DNA of 63,738 bases, filler included, from Rhizaria sp. SCN 62-66 (lineage: Eukaryota), in the NCBI GenBank assembly GCA_001724265.1. It is 6 parts of 6 records of this genome, joined end to end, with 100 filler letters (N's around TTAATTAATTAA, not from the genome) between each part and the next. Parts side by side here need not be neighbours in the genome. Positions count along the whole stretch, not along the records: positions 57,448 to 63,738 come from MEDY01000693.1; 5 more parts are not named here. One strand, 5' to 3'. The translations under genes and the position numbers were made by a program. Positions 57,448 through 63,738 of this stretch are shown in pieces. Numbering within the stretch: the stretch's first letter is position 1; every line of letters begins with the position of its first letter. The notes beneath the pieces were generated by a model. That model saw only the letters and a program-made list of their open reading frames with translations. It was not told where the DNA came from and did not search any database.

Positions 57448-60400
57448 TGTAGGCGGTCACAGACAGTGCGGACGAAGACATAACATTCGCGCCGACGGGC
57501 AACGAAAAGCATACGTCGCTGGCACTGAGCAAAACAGACAATGAAAGAACTTGAAAACGCATAGCCAAAGCAAAGGTATCACCAAGTCCGGAGAAGCCAG
57601 GCTCATTCTTTGCGTTATTCGCAGAGTAATAGAATGCCTGCGGACCAATAACAGAAAGCTGGTTTTCTGCTGTTAGAAAGCGCAACGCTGAAGCCGAATT
57701 AACTGGCAACGAAATTAGGGGCAAAAAAATCTTGCCCATGGTGGCGGCACGACACTGGTCTTTAGTAAACCTGTTGTAGTAACTGTGGCCGTTGTAGTAC
57801 TATAGTAGAAAGTATTTAAAGCTGTCGCACTAGCACCAGAAAGTAATGTTATCGTAGAATTTGTGACAGAAGCCAGTGCATCACGGTAGTAGACGTCACT
57901 TGCGTGCAAGTGCGTGATAGTGAGCACGCAATCATCGTTGATTAAAGCAACCTGATATTCAAGCTCAACACGGAATCCAGGTGCGTACGTTACAGTCTTT
58001 CCGTCAGCAGATAGCGTGATCGCATAGCGCTCAAATTCACGGAGCGTTGTAAGCGTTTTTGCAGCAAGAGATCCGCATTGTAACGTTGTGCTGCCCACGT
58101 TAGAAAAGACAAACTTTGCGTTATCATGAATCGCATTTGTTGCAGCAACATCGATCGTGGGAAAGAGGATCATCAGCACGGAACGTGGATTTGGCGACAC
58201 CGCAATGAATGTTGCCGCAGATGCGCGAAATTTAACCGTAAGAGATATAGCGCGTGTATGTCCACTGCCCAGAGAAGTTGGAGTAATAATTACAGAGCCT
58301 GTCAGCGTCTTGCTCCAATCCGAGCGCAGCGATACTGTGCTTGAGCCTTCTTCGAGGATATTGTTCATCATACTATCAAGGTTCATTGCAATCTTGACTG
58401 TCATGTTTCGTGAGGTCACGGCGGGATCAACAGATGAGCCACTGCGCACAACGATAATGGGTGCGTCCGCAGGCCAGCCCTTGTTAAACTGCAGCGACAC
58501 GCGTCGCTCAGCTGGGACAAGAATCTGGTCAACATCAGCAATCGCGGCGTGTGCAGAATCAAGCACCGAGACAGTGAAGGTGTCTGTTGTAACCCAAGGA
58601 ACAATAATCGAGAGATAATAACTCGGTGGAATACCAAGTGCGGGGAGCACCGTGAACGAAATGTCAAACTTGTCGCTGTAAGCGTAACCAGCGATCCCCG
58701 CGACGGGCGGACGCATAGCACCAGCGGTTGTAGCAAACTTTCCGTTAAGGTGCATTGAATACATTGCAACTTGCGTCTTGGGCACTGGTGCCGCCACGGG
58801 TAGTGTTGCTGTCTTGCTCATTACAACTGCTGCACTCGTGCCGTAGTACGCTGCTACGGTGATTGCAGTGTCAGCTGAGGAAGAGCAGTACACACCAGGA
58901 ACATAGGCTACAACCGGGATTGAAGCGGTCTTGATGTGAAACTCAATTTTGTCAACAGCTGGCGTCTTAAATGCTAGCGAGGTGCTTGGATTGTTCAGAA
59001 AGACAACATTGTCGGTGATCAGCAGCGTCTTCGCGGCCACGGCAGGAAAATAGTTGCATGCGGAGCCCATAATCAAAGAGAAGCGCGCCTCGTTAAGCTG
59101 TGCTACAGTCAGGTCTGTGATGTTAATCTTAACGTAGCCCACTGCAGGGTAGTCGCCCTGCGTGCGCGTGCTTAGCGAAAGCGTAGTAGGCAGCTCGGTG
59201 TTGGGCAGCGATGACACATGCGCCAAGTGGCTATAACGAACCAGTCCACCTCGGGAGAGGATTTCCACGGTGAAAGTCTCCAACGCCACCACGGGAATAG
59301 CAAGAGGCAGAGTGGCAATAAGGCTCGGCATCCGCTCAGCAAAGCAGTAGGCGTGGCCTTCGGTCTGCGGGCGCAGGATAATCCAACGCTGTTTGCTAGA
59401 AACTGTTGCAGTTAGTGCCACTGAGGTTGTACCACTGGCTGCGACGTCAGGCGAACTCCAAGTGTACTGTGCGTCGGCCAGTGCTTCCCAGGCCATGTTA
59501 GTGCGCGCAGACAGTGGCGGCGTGAGACGGAAGTACTCTCCCGTGTCAAGCACAATGTCGCCTCCACTGCATAGCGTGGTCGCAGGTGTCAGTGTGTGCA
59601 CAGCAGTGCGCGTAGAAGCTCCAGCAGAGACTGCATCAGTACCAATAGAAGTGTCGCCTCCAGTTAGCATGCCGCGCGGAGCGTTAAAGAGCCCGCTGTA
59701 CAGCACACGCCGGTCACCGGGGCCGACCACAGTCGCAACAATCGACAGCCGCAGCACTGCACGCTCTTCGGTTGCGGGACCGGGCACAAAGCCGTTTGTC
59801 ACTGAAACTGTAATTTCTCCTGATACAGGTAAGTTGCAGCTGGAGATGGGGCAGAGAATGGAATAAGAAACGTTGAGAAATATTAAGTTGTTCAATTCAC
59901 ACTCTACAGCACAACTGTTAAGCGTAGCGGCCGTAGTGCCCGTGCTTGCATTAGCTACAAAGCGCGCGGCAAAACGACCACCCACGACTTCGATTTCCGC
60001 AAACAGCGCGCTCGAGATTGTGTTCGCATAGTACGACAACACGGGCTTCATCACAAGTAACCCGTTGTGCGAAGTCTGAGATGCGGCTTTAAACGTAGGA
60101 TCCACTCCGGTCAGCGCAATCACACCCAACGGTGGGCGCATCTGTCCGACAGCCCGGCGTGCGGTACCAGAGCGCAATTCAATTTCAAGCTGTTGCTCGA
60201 CGAGGAAGCTTGTCGCCGAAATGAGCACCTCAAGAGTAAGCGCGGAGTACCCGCTGGCAAGACAGCTGGTCAGCACAATTGCGGCGCCCGCCGTTGCCGG
60301 CGTGCACGCCGTAGGGACTGGTGTTGGACTAATGCGCGTCGCACTCTCGAGCCGCACATCGATCGGTGTGGTGTGCGGTGAGGCGGCACGTGTCACGAGC

Positions 60401-63400
60401 GCGAGGGTCATGTTGGGCGTAATGTCAAAAAGACCAGTCCACGTCACAATGCACCTCATCTGATAGCGCGTCTGCGAGAGATCCATGGTACAATCCGCGG
60501 TTGCGTACACAGACCGGAGACCTGCGGCAAACGCATTGCTCGAGACAGTGTACGTTGAGCGTGTATCCTGCTTTAGTGCGCTGTAGCCAAGAGAAACGGC
60601 ACGATCAGCCTGCGTACCGTTGGCAGTAAGCGTGTTGAGCATTGAATAGTGCTCAAGAGCAACTGTGACAAGCTCGGGTGTCTATACCAGCGTTAGCGTC
60701 ACACTGGTGACAGTTAAGACAACGTTGACGTCGACCATAGTGCTGATGTAAGGAATTGTAATTTTGCCGTTCGTGGGCACAGACACCGCGGGTGACGCAG
60801 TATCTGAATCAACCTTGACAGTATATTTTGCATTGCTGTAGGTGAATCCGGTCAGCGGCAATTGCGCCGTCCAATACTGAAAAGCCACACTGTTGATTGC
60901 CGTGGAGTCACGCAGAGTGATTGAAAAAGAGCGCACTAGAGGTGAAGAAGCAGTGGCGGTGACCTTAAAGGCTGTTGCCCGGAATGGCATTGTGGGTGGC
61001 GTCAGTTGCTGCCGAATCATGCCAGCAGGCATGCGCACGGGGGCAGTGGCGTAGGGCCGCGTCAGCCCGGTTGAGGTCTCTTGAATGTACACAGTCACTG
61101 ATGTAAAAAGAGGAGCTATGCCAGCAAACGTTGCTATTACAGGTATGCGGATGGTACACGGTGCAGTCCGCAGACAGACACCTGTAGCAGTCGCGGGCGT
61201 ATTTGGACCAAATTGAACCGCACTAGATACAGGAGACATTACCTTCCAGTCAATCTTGCTTGTGCTTACAAAACCGCTGTGGCTGGAAAATGTAAGTCCA
61301 CTAAAGTCGCGGAGAATTGCAAAAAATGAAAAGTCATTGCCCGCAGACACAAAATTTTCATCACCTAAGTCAAGACTCAGATGGTAATTAGTACTTTGAG
61401 TCGTGTCAGTGCTCAGCGTGCGGTCAAGCTCGGCCGTCAAAAGTGGGCGCGTCCAAACAGGCATCATGGGAACACCTGTGATAACAGTAGTGTCGTATGA
61501 CATCTTAACAGAAATGCAGCCAGGACCCAAGTACGGCGTTTTTTCAACGTTGTCAAGTGTTGTAGGAAAGTTAACGAATTCAAAGCCAAACGCAAAGACG
61601 TCCTTGTTGCCCCAATGTCCACCAGTGCATGTGGCAATAAGCTCGGAGCCCCCCGACGAGGTGCGACTACAACTCGAACTAAGGTTGTAGAACGTGGCTA
61701 AAGGAGTAATTGTCAGTCCCGTGGGGCAGTTGTCGGCTGTGGAGTTGGAAACTGTCACGATGACATTGACAGAGATCGCAGGAATGGGCACAGTAAGCAC
61801 AGTGCGGATGTCAACACGCGCTTGCTGCACAGACGCTGTCGAGCTGCGCACAAGCAGCACATCGTACATAAACGCGTTGGGCGGCGGGATGGACCCGATG
61901 TTAACACTGTGCAGCGCTGTGATTGCGGTCGAGGTCGATGCATCAACAAGTGTGAAGCATGAGGCGGGAACCAGCCCTGTTGCAGCGTATGATGTCTTGT
62001 GAACATCTTTCATAAAATAAGCAGACTCCATCTGGAATCCAACAAATTTAGGCTGCGCGGGCATACACGCTGCAGGCATCGACATTTGATCAAAACCACT
62101 ACTGTAGCGGCTAACACACGTTGAGTTTGTGGTTACGCTATTGATCAATGTAACAGGCTTGCCAGTAATAAAGACACCACAATTATTTTGCAGAATAAAG
62201 TGGTGCGTGCTGAGTTTACTTGCGTGAGGAAACAAATACAAATGGATCTTGGCAGTCAAGTCCGTACTCGCCCATGCAATTTTGGTGAGTACTGTAGTAA
62301 ACTGAAACGGCGGATCGTACGACAGAGGTGCGCCAAGCGAGGAGCCAAGAAACGCTGGCACTGTTGTAGAATATGTTCCTGCAATCACATAAGTGTTCGA
62401 AATTACAAAGCTAAAATCAGAGGCATCAAAAAATGTCGTCTCATATGGGACAGTAAAATGTCCTGTGTAAAACGAAAAATACATCGCAGGTGAAATCGAT
62501 GGTTCGCAGGTAATGTTGCCTTGTGTAGCGACTGGACAAGTGCCAACAAACGCCGCTGAGCTTGAGGCCATGCCTAAACTAGCACTGTAGGTATACTTTA
62601 CAGTAGCGGTTGAAATCCGTTTGAAGAAGAAGACGCGCACGAGGTAGTTTTGCTGAGATGAGCCGGTTACTGTTGGCGTCAGTGTCGTAGCGCCGGTAAC
62701 AGTTGCAGATGTAACCTGCGTGGAATAGAGCGCAGCTACAGCGCTCGGCTTTGAGTCCGCGGCTACGATAGTGTCGTCGGACATGTCTGTGTTCTGTTGC
62801 CGGACACTCACCCCAGAGACGGTGGCCAAGGCACCTTGTGCTGTGCTGTAACTCTTAAACATCGAGAGATAGTTGGCGTAGGTTGACGTGACAGGACCAA
62901 AGCGGAACACACGCGGCGCATAGTAGTTACTTGAGCCACTTACAGCGCTACAGTCGCTTACGCTTACAACAGTTGCGCTGGTGTAGCTGACTGTGCATGT
63001 TACCTTGGTAAGTCCAGTGCCGGCCGTGTATGAGGTAACAATGGTTGTGTTAGTTGTCATAACAGCACGTAGCGCAATTTCACTTTGCATTGTCAACGTG
63101 AAGCCCCATCCGTTTGGGAGTGAAGTATGAGCATACACAATTACTTCGTACTCCATATTGACCAAAGCAGCATCATGGGTTGTCATACTAAGATCAATAC
63201 CAGAGCTAAGACTTGCGCGTACGGGATAAAACACGAAGTCAAGCTGGCGTGAGTAAGGCGACACTGTTTGCACTGTACTAACTGCGCGGGCAATCGACTC
63301 CATGCTAAAGCATGTCAGGTCCAACGAATAACGCGCTGTGTTGGCCACATCAAAGGTGATTGACGTTGCCGTGCTCTGGGTGACGCGGTAGTCGCCCGAC

Positions 63401-63738
63401 GGCGTAATGGAGCTTGAGGCCGTAACAAAAGAGATGTCGCTGCACGACGAAGACACAGTATATGGGATGTCGCTAGCGTTTGGGTTAGTCGCATAGAAGT
63501 AGATTCGCATGTTGACTTGCAGCAGGCGCGTCGTCGACAGGACAGAGCTTCTTACAAGTACACGGTTGATCGGGACCATGTGCCACCAGTAAGCGGCGGT
63601 GCCACTTGCACGAATCACAAAATCGGTGAGCGCTGGAATTCCTGTGGTGATCTCAGGTGAGGTGAGCTTGAGTGCGTCCTTGCTGATCACGTACGGGTCG
63701 TTGGTGGACACACGTGAAGCTTCGTTAGCAAACACAAC
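57448..63738 (-). CDS. Very large Ser/Thr/Val-rich, probably extracellular beta-rich protein, open at both ends; in-frame TAG at 60682-60684 and one frameshift near 57723-57729
   Basis: ORFs 60682-63735 and 57715-60642 are in one frame, joined through a single TAG (VTLTLV*TPELVTVALEHYSM). A -1 shift at a T7 run links to ORF 57392-57739, which stays open to the linker. Confidence 0.72.

Overview
Six concatenated contigs (joined by artificial N44-TTAATTAATTAA-N44 linkers) from an intron-containing eukaryotic microbe with GC-rich, Ala/Ser/Gln low-complexity exons and AT-rich GT-AG introns. Recognisable genes are NOL6/Utp22, an ADPRM-type metallophosphoesterase, a PX+WD40 protein, a Cys-rich type I membrane protein, 3' fragments of actin and RPL18A, five identical tRNA-Val(AAC) genes, and several very long hypothetical proteins. 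Main discovery: the genome appears to use a variant nuclear genetic code in which UAG is a sense codon, most likely Gln, while UAA and UGA remain stops. Six in-frame TAGs interrupt four long genes on four contigs, three of them inside Gln repeats. All nine credible gene ends use TAA (6) or TGA (3), and seven are followed by GC. Many breaks in the supplied ORF track are explained by this. The five tRNAs have an atypical body but do not decode UAG.
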